NCBI GenBank assembly: GCA_022821235.1
Contig: JAJEEA010000534.1
Span: 1-61,035 of the forward strand
DNA: 61,035 nucleotides
Reading direction: 5' to 3'
From: Vicinamibacteria bacterium
Lineage (GTDB): Bacteria > Acidobacteriota > Vicinamibacteria > Vicinamibacterales > UBA8438
Every line of letters begins with the position of its first letter. Position 1 is the first letter of the stretch. Position numbers and translations under genes: made by a program. The notes below the pieces were generated by a model. That model saw nothing but the letters and a program-made list of their open reading frames with translations. It made no database searches and was not told the origin of the DNA. Shown here in pieces: positions 47,688 to 57,845 of this stretch.

Positions 47688-48800
47688 TTACGATGGTTCA
47701 GGCGCGACTATCCTTGCGGGTTGCAGCGCGCCGACGGAACGCGTTGTGTTCCTCTTGGCGAAACTGTGGCAACGGCGTGACGGGGCTGGTTCGAGAGGGA
47801 TCCGTCCTGCATCCGCGGTTCTGTGCGATCTCTTGGATCTCCTCGCCTCATGTTGTCGGCGCGCTTGATTTTCCAATAGCTCGCCTAGTGTCCTTTCTGC
47901 CAGCAAAGCGTCGTCCTTCACCTCGACGATGAACTCCGGCGACGTGAAGAGCGGATTGCCCGGCGACCAGAGCTCGACGCTCTCCGAGTGCTCCTCGTAA
48001 TAGGCGGGGTCGGTGGTCACGCGCAGGCGTTCGCGCATTCCCGGCGACAGCAGACCGTACTCGCGGCGGCCGAGGGGCTGGATGTCGGTTCCCGGCGGCA
48101 TTAGATCGGGCGAGGCGATCACCCGGTCGAGGTCCTTCATGGCCACCGGCGACGGCGCCCGCGCCGGCATCGCGACCTCCGTGTCCACCGTCGCGTCGAT
48201 GTCGAACCCCCCGGTCCGGGCGTCCCTGACCTGACGCTCAATGGCGTCGACCACGTCGCCCCGCCCGCCGGCCTGCGACATGGACGCCAGCTCGCCCGCC
48301 GGCCGGCCGGGGCCCTGGTCCCGGCGCGCACCGCCCGCAAGGGCCGCGCCGGCGATGGTGCTCGGAAGCCGGGCGAGGATCGGTTGCAGAGGACCGACTG
48401 CGCATTCCGGTGAGACCGACCACCGACTCGAACAGGTTGATGCGCGTGCGCAGGGCGCGGTAGACGTCGGTCTCGACGGTGCCGGCGTAGTGCAGGTTGA
48501 CGATGCGGATCGCCGGATGCGCCTGCCCGAGGCGGTCGATACGGCCGATCCGCTGCTCGACCCGCATGGGGTTCCACGGCATGTCGTAGTTGATCAGGGC
48601 GCCGCAGAACTGGAAGTTCAGCCCTTCGGCGGCGGCGTCGGTGCACAGCAGCAGGTCGGCCTCGCCCTCCCGAAAGCGCCGCTTGACCTCGTCGCGGCCG
48701 ATCGTGCTCCACGCCCCGTCGGCGGACCGGACCTCGCCGCCCCTGCCCGAGAAGCACATCAGACGCAAGGTGCCCCCGCGGCGGGCCGCGGGCTGCGACC
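47688..48800 (-). pseudogene. 5'-truncated, frameshifted SNF2-family helicase remnant (C-terminal lobe only)
   Basis: The remnant reads LMCFSGRGGEV...LLLCTDAAAEGLNFQFCGALINYDMPWNPMRVEQRIGRIDRLGQ (helicase motifs IV-VI). After NLFESVVG the reading continues in another frame (GPLQPILARLPSTIAG...MSQAGGRGDVVDAIERQ...). No N-terminal ATPase lobe is present upstream, and the 1359-aa ORF ends at 48880. Confidence 0.7.
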
Positions 48801-48879
48801 CGTTCTCTTCCGGCTCCGGCCCCGGCCGGTCGGCTCCCCCGGGGTCCGGAGCCCGCCAATCGCCCGCGGCCTGTCGTGC

Positions 48880-51800
48880 TCACCACCCGAGGCGCCTTCT
48901 TGCGAGCACGTCGCAATCAACCCGCTCCCCGTCGCGGTCGTACATCCTAGCGATGCCCTCGAGGATCGTCGCCACGTACGGGTAATCGATAACCCGCTGC
49001 GCGGCCCAAGCACGATACCGCACCGCCAGCTCCCGCTCCTGTACGCCACCCTCGTCCACGCCACGCCAGCAGGCACCGCGGGCGTTGTACACTCCGATCT
49101 GAAAGCCCTCGGCGACATCCTGGGAGGCCACGCTCTCCAGAACCTCGCAGACCGGCCGGCACGGCCAGGAACCGTCTTCATCCGCAGGCGCCGTGGAAAG
49201 CAATTCACCGACCCGACTGTCACCGATTCCCGCTCGCCCATGCTCTCTACACAGGCGTCGTACCTCCGTGACCCATTCACTGAGCACCCCCGCGTCCACC
49301 CTTCCCTCCGGGTCCACGCCCGGCATGCGTCTGACGTTCTTGAGCAATCGATACGCCGCCGCGCTCAGGACGTTCCGTCGCTCAGGGTCGTCAACCCGCC
49401 ATTGAGGCGGATCCTGTCCATTATCGTCGCGCTTCGCGAGGAGAGCAAGAGCTTCAACAAAGACAACGGGCGACTCCGAGATCCTCCGTTCGAGATTCGG
49501 AATGGCCTTCTTGATGCGGCTCAGTTCCTGGATGAACGCGAACTCGAGTCGCGCCATCTCTGCCACGGTCACTTGCGGCCTGCCACCGAGAGAACTAAGC
49601 GCCATCGAAAGCCGGCATATCTCGCCGTCATGGCCAAACTCCATGCCGGTCTCCGCGACGGCCCACAGGACTCGCTTTAGTCGTGACGTCTCGACCTGAT
49701 CCCAATCGTGTTGAACCGCCGAATAGGCCACTCCCGGACGCCCAACCTTTAGGAGGTTGTCAACCAGTTCCGTTGCCTCGGACTCCGCAAAACGCGCCAC
49801 TTTCGGAGTGACGACCTGCCAGTACTGCTCCCTTATGTGTTCCGGCTGCCCGTCCAGGAGACGCCAAGTCTGGTCACGGAACGGTGCCGACGTGAAGACG
49901 CGAACGATCTGTTCGACGTTACCGACCTTCCCGATGTTCGAAAGGAACACCGAACGCACGTCTTCGTTCACGAACCAGAGGAAGCCACCCATGAAGCCGT
50001 CGATCTTCTCGCAAGAAACCGCATCCACGGACAGACAGGATCGAAGAACGCGCAACGCCGCCGAGGTTTCGCCTGCACAGTACGCCGTGTAGCGCCCTAT
50101 GGTCCACGCGTCGCCGCTCGCCAGCAGCCCAAGCGGACCGTCGAGTCCACGCGCCGACCAGATGCCGGTCATCGCCGCCTTGCGAAGTTCGTCCAACCGT
50201 TTTTCCTGTTCCTCGAAGTCGACATCTTCTCCATCACGCTCGTCAACGGGACCGGGCACCCACTCGTGGGCAAAGAGCCACGAATGGCGACGAACCGGAT
50301 CGCGCGGCGTGAGTTTCTCACAGATGGTCCGTGCTCGGTCGCGCTGATCGGCTCCCAGGGCACGGTGAAACCCGCCGCGGGTAAGAAACATGATGCGGAC
50401 TTTTTCCCGCAACGCAGCCTTGGCTTCTTCGTCGGCATCGCTCTGCGCCCATTCGGCGATGCGCCGCCATACTGACGACCGATCCTCGTTCGACATGGCT
50501 CCGAGACGATCGAGCAGGTGCCCGAGCGTCGTTCCGTTGTGGGTCGGCCACTGGATGGCGAGGTCCAGTGCCTTGCGGACAAACTGGGACCGTTCTCCGC
50601 TCAGTAGCGGTTCGCCGGCCCCGGCAGCATCGTTTCGCCAACGTGGGCGGTCGTTGGGAGAGGCGATCTGTTGACCAGTTTCGAACTGCTGGACGCAGAG
50701 TTGCCATCCGATTTCGGGGAAGCGCCGACACAGCGTCTCGATCGCACGGAGTCTGTCATTGAGGGGCGCGGCGGTCTGAGGCATCCACCAACGAAGTATG
50801 GCGGACAGGCTGTTCAGGGGACTATTGAGCCAGTTGTCATTCACTCTCGTTTGCGAGAGTTCGGCGAGAATAGCGACGACTCGCACGAACGTGCGCGGAT
50901 TCCAGGCCAAACGCTCCAGCGCCCAGAGGACGCCAGTACGCCAGGGCTGCTGCAGCATGCTGGGGCCGGCCGACTTCAGGAGTTCCTGCAGACACGGATT
51001 GGGCTGCGCGATATCGGCTTCCAGCAAGGCGAGGAACGCCTCCGGGGCGGCCTCGGCGTACCCCGGAAGGTCACGGTCGTGTGATTTCAATCTGTCGCTC
51101 GTGAAGGGTGTAAGAAGACGCGTGACGAGCGCCGCGATGTAATCCGCGACGTCGATGCCGAGACGCGCCCGGAACCAGTCGTTCCCGTGAACCGACAGCA
51201 TTGCGAGGCTGTCGCAAACTCCTATGCGCAACGCGTCCGAATGTTCACGCACCCTGCCGTAGAGACCGGCAGCCCATCGTTGGTCGTCCGGGAGTGCCAA
51301 TGACGGGTCGGACTCGGAGAGGACGTACTCGGCGAAATCCACAAAGTCGACAATGTCCTTCCGGGTCATCCATCGACGGATTGCGGACAGGGCGTCGATC
51401 TTGGAGACGACTCCGCGGTACCGATCGACGCACCAGACCGGGCTGTCGTCTCGCTGCAGCAGACCGACGACGTGCTTCTCGACATCGTCGTAGTCGCAAC
51501 GGCCAATCGCCGCCAGGACCTCCCGGTCCGCCCTGGATGCTGCGTGCCATGCGCCAACGAGAACCATCGGCAGAAGACGCCGCGCAACGGACTCCGTGGC
51601 GGCCCATGACGGTTCGCTGATGGCGGGAATCGGGGACAGCCGTCGACGCAGCACCGTCGGCGAACGCCCCGAAGCACTGGCCAGCCGGTCGATCCGCGCG
51701 CGCTCGGTGAATCCCATGTGCGCGAGCGCCTTCCGGAACGGCTCGTGGCCGAGCAGCTCGACGGCGATGTCGGGTCGCCGATCGACCGCGTTGCGGGGCC

Positions 51801-52959
51801 GAACGACGATGCAGCGGCGTTGGCGATAGTGCGAGGCGAGCTCGCGCTCAGCGTCTTCACCATACACGATCGGTATGAACGGCGACGGGGAGCCGGACAG
51901 TGTTCTCAACGTCTGCGCTGACTCGAAGACGACCGGATGGTCTCGATCGGGCGGCGGCGTGTCGCCGTGTCGGAACAGGCAGGCGAGAAACGCCACGGCC
52001 TCCCCCCGGGAGTCAGCGGCCACGGTGAGTGGACCGTCGCCGGGTCTCTTCGTCAGCCACGTCTTGAACCGCTCCCGGTGCGCGGCCACCGACGGTGCGA
52101 AGATCTCGTCGGTCATCGGCGGATCGCTGGCGTAGGCCCAGCGATCCCAGAAGCGGTCGAGCGGCTCGAAGCCCTCGGTGGGAATCCGCAGCTCACCGGC
52201 GAGCCATATCCGTGGGGCGATCGTGTTCTCCAGCCACTGCTCCAGGTCGCTGGCATCAAGCGCCCTTACGGCCTTCCAGTCCCGGGCCGCCTCCTTGCTC
52301 CGGGCCCATTCGTCCTTGCCCGGCCAGTGGCGCGGTGTCACGAACACGAAGGTGCTCTTAGCCCGCTCGTCTCGCGCCAGCACCCCGAGACGGGCTCGAT
52401 AGTCGCGCTCGGCCTTGGCCCTCGGGCGGTGGTCGGTGCCGCACTCCCAGAACGACCGGCCCTCCGGCACCCAGACCGTGGCGGCGTTGGCTTCAACCCG
52501 GCCGTCCCAGCCGTGCCGCTGGGCGTTGTCGAAGCCGGGGAAGTCCACGCGGCGCAGCTCGCGTCCCGTTGCGTGGACCAGCCGCCGCAGCAGTACCGGC
52601 AGACGGTCGCGGGCCTGGATGTTCCCGGTCCCCCATTCCTCGATCTGCCGCGCCTTGATCGTGAGAAAGCTCGGCGCGTACGTCCGCACGGCCACGGCCC
52701 GATCCTCGACATTTCGGCGATCCTGATCCCTGGCGGCCTGAAGCTCCAGCAACCGCGTGCGGTCGGCCCCGAACGTCGCCTCCAGTCGAAGCGCCATGTT
52801 CTGCGACAGCGCCGCCCGGCCGTTCAGGAGATTCGACAACGCCGGCCGGCCCACGCCCAGGCGCCGAGCCGCCTCCGTGACCGACATGCTGACCGGAATG
52901 ACCTGCTGCCTGATGAAGCGGCCCACATCATCCGTGGAACGATTCTCTGATCTTGCCAC
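48880..52959 (-). CDS. Giant (1359 aa) protein with an N-terminal XRE/HigA-type HTH. The remainder is unassigned.
   Basis: The ORF is intact. Residues ~20-80 read VSMSVTEAARRLGVGRPALSNLLNGRAALSQNMALRLEATFGADRTRLLELQ, an HTH. Then comes RLPVLLRRLVHATG..VDFPGFDNAQRHGWDGRVEA..VPEGRSFWECG. The rest is a long W/L/R-rich helical region ending ...WPCRPVCEVLESV...GGVQERELAVRYRAWA... There is no GxxxxGK(S/T) anywhere. GC looks lower than the flanks. Confidence 0.8.
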   Translation of the reverse strand: MARSENRSTDDVGRFIRQQVIPVSMSVTEAARRLGVGRPALSNLLNGRAALSQNMALRLEATFGADRTRLLELQAARDQDRRNVEDRAVAVRTYAPSFLTIKARQIEEWGTGNIQARDRLPVLLRRLVHATGRELRRVDFPGFDNAQRHGWDGRVEANAATVWVPEGRSFWECGTDHRPRAKAERDYRARLGVLARDERAKSTFVFVTPRHWPGKDEWARSKEAARDWKAVRALDASDLEQWLENTIAPRIWLAGELRIPTEGFEPLDRFWDRWAYASDPPMTDEIFAPSVAAHRERFKTWLTKRPGDGPLTVAADSRGEAVAFLACLFRHGDTPPPDRDHPVVFESAQTLRTLSGSPSPFIPIVYGEDAERELASHYRQRRCIVVRPRNAVDRRPDIAVELLGHEPFRKALAHMGFTERARIDRLASASGRSPTVLRRRLSPIPAISEPSWAATESVARRLLPMVLVGAWHAASRADREVLAAIGRCDYDDVEKHVVGLLQRDDSPVWCVDRYRGVVSKIDALSAIRRWMTRKDIVDFVDFAEYVLSESDPSLALPDDQRWAAGLYGRVREHSDALRIGVCDSLAMLSVHGNDWFRARLGIDVADYIAALVTRLLTPFTSDRLKSHDRDLPGYAEAAPEAFLALLEADIAQPNPCLQELLKSAGPSMLQQPWRTGVLWALERLAWNPRTFVRVVAILAELSQTRVNDNWLNSPLNSLSAILRWWMPQTAAPLNDRLRAIETLCRRFPEIGWQLCVQQFETGQQIASPNDRPRWRNDAAGAGEPLLSGERSQFVRKALDLAIQWPTHNGTTLGHLLDRLGAMSNEDRSSVWRRIAEWAQSDADEEAKAALREKVRIMFLTRGGFHRALGADQRDRARTICEKLTPRDPVRRHSWLFAHEWVPGPVDERDGEDVDFEEQEKRLDELRKAAMTGIWSARGLDGPLGLLASGDAWTIGRYTAYCAGETSAALRVLRSCLSVDAVSCEKIDGFMGGFLWFVNEDVRSVFLSNIGKVGNVEQIVRVFTSAPFRDQTWRLLDGQPEHIREQYWQVVTPKVARFAESEATELVDNLLKVGRPGVAYSAVQHDWDQVETSRLKRVLWAVAETGMEFGHDGEICRLSMALSSLGGRPQVTVAEMARLEFAFIQELSRIKKAIPNLERRISESPVVFVEALALLAKRDDNGQDPPQWRVDDPERRNVLSAAAYRLLKNVRRMPGVDPEGRVDAGVLSEWVTEVRRLCREHGRAGIGDSRVGELLSTAPADEDGSWPCRPVCEVLESVASQDVAEGFQIGVYNARGACWRGVDEGGVQERELAVRYRAWAAQRVIDYPYVATILEGIARMYDRDGERVDCDVLARRRLGW

Positions 52960-53191
52960 GGCAGTATTGTATTGCGTAGCGCGACAGTGATCAATAGCTC
53001 ATGCACAGCGGTTTCCCATCATTGCAGGCTGCCGTGGCCGTTTCGTCGCTTGGTAGTGCGAGATCTAGGCGAACGAGAAGTCCATGAGCGCTCGTAGCCG
53101 CGTGAATACCAACGCGAACATCAGCCGGAACACCGTGATCGGCGCGGTCGGTCTGGACTTGGACATTGCATCAGAGCTTGGCGGTTCGACT

Positions 53192-53692
53192 TCATGACCG
53201 CTGTTCCCGCCTCCGCGGGCGAGGCTCAGTCAGCAGCATCCGCAGCGCCGTCAGCACCCGGCGGGGACGGGGGCGATGCATCGCCATCCCGAGCCAGTAG
53301 GCGGCCTCCTCGCGGCCCATCGCCTCGATGCCCTCGACCACCGCCCGCATGTTGTCGCGGCTCCGCATCGGGGCGAGGGCGCGGAACAGCAGGCCGAGGG
53401 TCAGGGCGAGGTCCTCGGTGAGCGTGTAGCCGCGGGTCGTCCGGCGGGCCGGCGAGCCGAGCTTGACGCCGGCGCGGGCGAGGCGCTTCAGCACGCGGTG
53501 CTCGACGAGCTGCAGGTTGCGGCCCGCGAGGCCGGCGACGCGGGTCGGCGCGGCGACGTGGGGCGTAACGGCGGCGGGCAGTTGCCAGATGGCGTACTCG
53601 GCGTCGGCCCGACCGCGCCGGCGCAGCCGCAGCTCGTAGCGCGGCAGGGAGGCCGGCGTCTCGACCGAGGCCGCGCGTTCGATCCGCCCCAT
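53192..53692 (-). CDS. Small conserved-looking protein translationally coupled to the DUF499 gene (possibly the DUF3780-type partner)
   Basis: The ATG at 53692-53690 overlaps the DUF499 stop (ATGA). The sequence reads MGRIERAASVETPASLPRYELRLRRRGRADAEYAIWQL...GYTLTEDLALTLGLLFRAL...EAAYWLGMAM. The family name rests only on remembered operon context. Confidence 0.5.
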   Translation of the reverse strand: MGRIERAASVETPASLPRYELRLRRRGRADAEYAIWQLPAAVTPHVAAPTRVAGLAGRNLQLVEHRVLKRLARAGVKLGSPARRTTRGYTLTEDLALTLGLLFRALAPMRSRDNMRAVVEGIEAMGREEAAYWLGMAMHRPRPRRVLTALRMLLTEPRPRRREQRS

Positions 53693-56600
53693 CACGATTC
53701 GGCCGCGTGCACCGTCGCCGACACGTAGGCGGCCCCTCCCGCGAAACGGGACAGACGTTCGGTGAAGGCCTCGGCCGCGTCGCCGGCCGTCGGCAGGCCG
53801 TCGGCGAAGGTCAGCTCGAAGCCGGCCTCCAGGTTCCGGGCGGTCGCGTCGCGCAACTGCGGCTCGAGGAACTCGCGCACGGGCTGGGCGTCGGTCACCG
53901 GCCCGCGGAATTCGATCTGGAACGAGCCGCCGTCGCGGGTCTCGTACCCGCCGGTGAAGGTGACGACCTTCTCCGCCCGCTGCACGCCGCCGACGCTGCC
54001 GAGGAGCCGAAAGGCGTCGCCGGCCTCGAACATGCGAATCGTCAGCATGCCGACGCGCTCGATGCCCCTGCCGCGCGCCTGCTCCCAGAGCTGCGTCAGC
54101 GCGTCCCTGAGCACGCCCTCCGCCGTCAACGCATCGGGCGGCGGCGGGGGTGGAACAGGCGGGTCGGGTCCCGGAAGCACGGGCGGGTCCGGCTTCGGGG
54201 GCACGGGCGGGTCCGGTTCCGGCGCATCCGGCGCCGGCCTCGGCCAGATGCCACGGTTCTTCGCGAACGCCATCGTGAACACGAGCGACTGCTCGTCGAT
54301 CACGATCTCCGCGAACGGGTCCCCGGGGCCGAGCAGCAGGTCGCCCCGCCGGTAGACGTACTCGCCCTGCTCGACCCCCAGCCGGACCCCGCGGACGAAC
54401 ACGTCGTCGCCGACGAGCATCGGCAGGCCGGGGTCGCGCCGGAACTCGTTGCGCAGCGCCGCGGTCGTGATCTCCCCCTTCTTCAGGGGCGTGCGGTCGC
54501 GCACGTAGGCCGGCGAGTCGGGCTCGTCCTCGGGGTGGCGCAGCTTGTTGAGGTCGGCGAGCGCCCGCGCGACGTGCCGCTGGCCGGCGCCCGGCTGGTC
54601 CGACGTCGAGTGGATGTCGATGGCCGAATGCGCCAAGTCGACGTCGGCCGACTCCACACGGTGGCGCGACGGGTAGAAGACGTGGCGGTAGCACTGCTGG
54701 ACGGCGAGCGCGAGCTCCTGCCTCCGACCGCGCCTCCAGCTCGCACACCTTGTCCCCGCTGGTGCTCGGCCAGGTGGGCGAGCCGGCTCGGGCTTCCTCA
54801 ACTCGCGCAGGGCCAACCGGCGCGACGCGTGCCGGCGCATATCGGCCTTGCGGGCGTCGTCGGCCACCACGAAGACGACGTTGTTGCGCAGGAGCCGCAG
54901 CGCCGACCCGTCCGAGCCCTTGCGCAGATAGAGGCGCCGCACCAGCTCCGGGACATCCTCGGCCGCCCCGACGCTCACCGCGTCGTAGGCGAGCACGACG
55001 AGCTTCGGCCGCCCGTGGCCCACGTCGTCGGGCACGTCGAGGGGCCGCCGGGGAACCGGATCGCGTCGAACGCGCCGCCAAGGAAGACCTGCCCGATGCG
55101 GTCGTTCAGCTCGGCGCGGGCCTCGCCGGAATCGGACATTCTTCTCCTCGCGGCGGATGATCTGGGTGAGGTTGGCCTCGGCGAGGAACCGCATCGGCGC
55201 GCCGGGCCGGTCGTCGAGGTAGGCCGACTCCTGGACGAACTTCTTCCGCGCCTTCCTCGATGAAGCTGACCTCGGACGTCGGCCCCAGCATCGAATAGCG
55301 CAACTGCTCGGGCGACAGCCCCTTCAGCGGCTCGTTGAACGCCAGGGTGTGCATGAAGATGGTGCGCGCCACGTACGCGGCGTAGGGCGGCAGGCCCCCG
55401 TGGTGCTTCGCGTCGATCTCCTCGGCCAGGGCGCGGCCGCCGCCCGAGCCGGCCACGTCGTTGGCGATGGCCGGCACGTAGGCGGACTGCTGCAGCCGGG
55501 TGACGATCTCCTGCCGGACGGACTCGCGGCCGGGGTCGACGTGGTGCAGATGAATGGCGGTGGCGTCGGCGGGCCGGGTCTCCCAGAGATGCGCGATGGT
55601 CCGCGCCAGCAGCCGCAGCATGCCGCGGACGCGCTGGAACGTGTCGAGCGTCGCCGTCTTCGACGTCAGCGTCTGCAGGACCTCGGGGTGCAGCGGATAG
55701 CCCGCCCGGAAGGCCTCGGCCGTCTCCGGCCGGGCGGCGTCGTCGGCGATGGCCTCGCGCTTCGCGGACCACGCCGCCTGATAGGCGGCCACCGCGTCCC
55801 GCGCGGCGTCTTCGTCGATGAATTCGAAGAGGCGCCGGCGCAGCACCTGGGCGGTCTCGTCCTCCTCGGTCGGGTTGAGCAGCGTCGCCTTCCGCGCCGA
55901 GACGCTCTCGGCCTCGGCCATCCGGTCGGCGATGAACTGGTTCTCCGCCGAGTACGCGTCCACCGCCCGGCCCTCCTTGCCGATGGCCAGCCGTGTAGAC
56001 CAGGGCCGCGCGCGGCGTCCCCTCCACCGCCTTGAAGAGCGACGTCAGGAACGCGGTCAACTGGTCGCGCGCCGCGCCGTTCCGCTGCACCTTGCGGAGG
56101 TACACCGAGAGCTCGTCGAGGAGGATGAGCGTCGGCTCGCCGCCGAACAGCTCGCGCAGCGTGTCGGCCCCCGGCGCGACGCCGCCGGCGTCGCTGTTCC
56201 TCACCCGGTCGTAGCCCGCCGCCCCGGCGAGGGCGTAGGCCAGCTCGCCCCACGGCGTGTGCGCGCGGACGCCCTCCCCCATCGTCCGTCCGTTGGCCGG
56301 GTCGGCGTTCTCGCCGTCGAAGGCCGCGAGGCGCACCGGCCCCTCGGGCAGGAGCGACGCGTCGATGAACTCGTCCACCCCGGCCACCCGCGGCAGCCCC
56401 CGCGCCGCGTGCGCCAGGGCGATCAGACCGTGCGTCTTGCCGCCGCCGTACGAGGTGTCGAGTCGGAATGGCGGCCCCTTCGCCCCCGGCGCCGCTCAGG
56501 CGCCGGCAGACATTGGCGAGCAGGTTCTTCAGGCCGCGGGTCGGATAGGTGTTGGCGAAGAACCGGACGGGATCGACGTACTCGGGGCTTCCGCCGCCCG

Positions 56601-56703
56601 TGACCACCTGGGCGAGGTCGGCCGCGAAGTCCGCCTCCGCCACCGTCCCGCGCATGACGTCGCCGCGGGGACGGCACGTGTCGAAGATCGTCGGAATGCT
56701 CAC
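53692..56703 (-). pseudogene. DUF499 (COG1483)-type P-loop ATPase gene riddled with frameshifts
   Basis: The collinear protein sequence can be followed only by switching frames at about 56480, 55990, 55250, 55135, 55040 and two or three times at 54720-54790. The pieces, in order, are:
- SIPTIFDTCRPRGDVMRGTVAEADFAADLAQV...FFANTYPTRGLKNLLANVCRRLSG
- GPPFRLDTSYGGGKTHGLIALAHAA...ALVYT
- LAIGKEGRAVDAYSAENQFIADRMAE...EVSFIEE
- ARKKFVQESAYLDDRPGAPMRFLAEANLTQIIRREEKNV
- SDSGEARAELNDRIGQVFLGGAFDAIRFPGGP
- LDVPDDVGHGRPKLVVLAYD...
The total span is 3012 nt. Confidence 0.75.
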
Positions 56704-57009
56704 GGATGCCTCGGCCCGGCGCCGATGCAGCCCGCACGTGCCGGGGAAACGCAACGTGCCGACTCGTTCATCGGCCCCGCGATATCACGCGCATCGCGGC
56801 TTCGCGGCGCCGTCAGCCCGACGACGACGAGGCGGTGGAGCGGTCCTTCGGAAGCAGCCGCCTCGGCGTGCAACAAGCCGCCCGCCGTGTGCCAGGAGCA
56901 ACATTCCCGCGCCGGACGGCCCGGGCGGGCACGCCGCCGACCTCCACCCGGCAGTCCCCGCACGACCCTGGCCGAGAGCACCTCCGACGAGGCTTGCGAC
57001 CGCCGGAAC

Positions 57010-57048
57010 CGCGCCTGAGTTCCTGCCCCCAAGCGCCTGAGTTCCTGC
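57010..57048. repeat. Tandem 17-nt direct repeat, 2 copies 22 nt apart
   Basis: GCGCCTGAGTTCCTGCC occurs at 57010-57026 and again at 57032-57048, separated by CCCAA. Confidence 0.85.
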
Positions 57049-57197
57049 CACCAGACCGGAAACGCCCGAAGACCGACGTACGCCGTACCCCGGACCCCGA
57101 ATCGCTAGGGAACGAGAGACACCAAGTCCAATCTTCACAGTAGCTTGGCGCGAAACCCAGGCAGCCCGGGGGCTAACCCCGAGAGGCGGTTGAAGTA

Positions 57198-57292
57198 CCC
57201 TGAGCGACCCCGGTCCGGGCCGTAAGACTCCCTGCCCCCACAAGAACAGGGGCAGCGCGTCTCACGCCCGAACCGACCGGGGTCGCTCAGGG
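57198..57292. repeat. Long rod-like inverted repeat (perfect 18-bp outer stem plus nested inner stems)
   Basis: CCCTGAGCGACCCCGGTC at 57198-57215 is the exact reverse complement of GACCGGGGTCGCTCAGGG at 57275-57292. Inside are an imperfect CGGGC(C)GT(A)AGAC / GTCTCACGCCCG stem and a CTGCCCC-N10-GGGGCAG stem. Confidence 0.85.
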
Positions 57293-57820
57293 TTCATTCT
57301 TCCCTGCGGGAAGGCTCCACGGGCGTCGGCTCCGAGGCCCGCCGCGCGGCCGGTCTCGCGGCCGGCGGCGGACCGGCCGTCCCGCCCGTCCTCCACCGCC
57401 GCGCCGTCCACCTCGACAGCTTCACGAACGCCGGCCTCCGGGCCGCGGGTGCGGACCCCGCCCGAAGGGCCGCCGCCAAAAGGCCGGACACTCTGGCCCT
57501 TCGACACGACGGGGATCGCCCCCGGCACCGGAGGGCCGGGCCTGTCAATGGCAACCGAAACCGCACACTTCAGGGGAGAACGTCTGGGGCGGGATCCGTA
57601 CGTGCTCCTGTCAAGTTCCCCATGACGACACCGAACTGACCTCGACGAAGCGGCCCGCCGACCGCCGCCACTACCTCCGGAGACCCGGCCCGTAGGGGAG
57701 CACAGGTGGGGGGCGGGGGCGGAGGTACGATCGGCCCATCATGTGACCCCGACCCCTCGCCCCACGCCCCCGGTCTACCCGGCCGCCCGTCTTCGACAGG
57801 CGGCCGAACGGGAGAAATTC

Positions 57821-57845
57821 GCGCGCGCTATGCGCGCTTTTTTTT
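57821..57845 (+). terminator. Intrinsic-terminator-like element: GC hairpin followed by T8
   Basis: The element is GCGCGC-GCTAT-GCGCGC followed by TTTTTTTT, which is striking in ~70% GC DNA. It is preceded by a second hairpin, GGCCGCC-N11-GGCGGCC, at 57781-57805. It lies 80 nt upstream of the ATG at 57926, with no plus-strand CDS upstream. Confidence 0.5.

Noticed and set aside
53192-55263. A 629-aa minus-strand ORF and a 518-aa plus-strand ORF across the DUF499 region
   Set aside because: The 629-aa ORF is protein-like only in its last 166 aa, which I call as a separate small gene. The rest is an off-frame reading of the frameshifted DUF499 gene. The plus-strand ORF is antisense shadow.
56785-57566. 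Several 88-152-aa ORFs in the 56.8-57.6 kb region
   Set aside because: All are R/G/P/A low-complexity, lack RBS and start context, and overlap strong DNA/RNA secondary-structure elements. I treat the region as non-coding.
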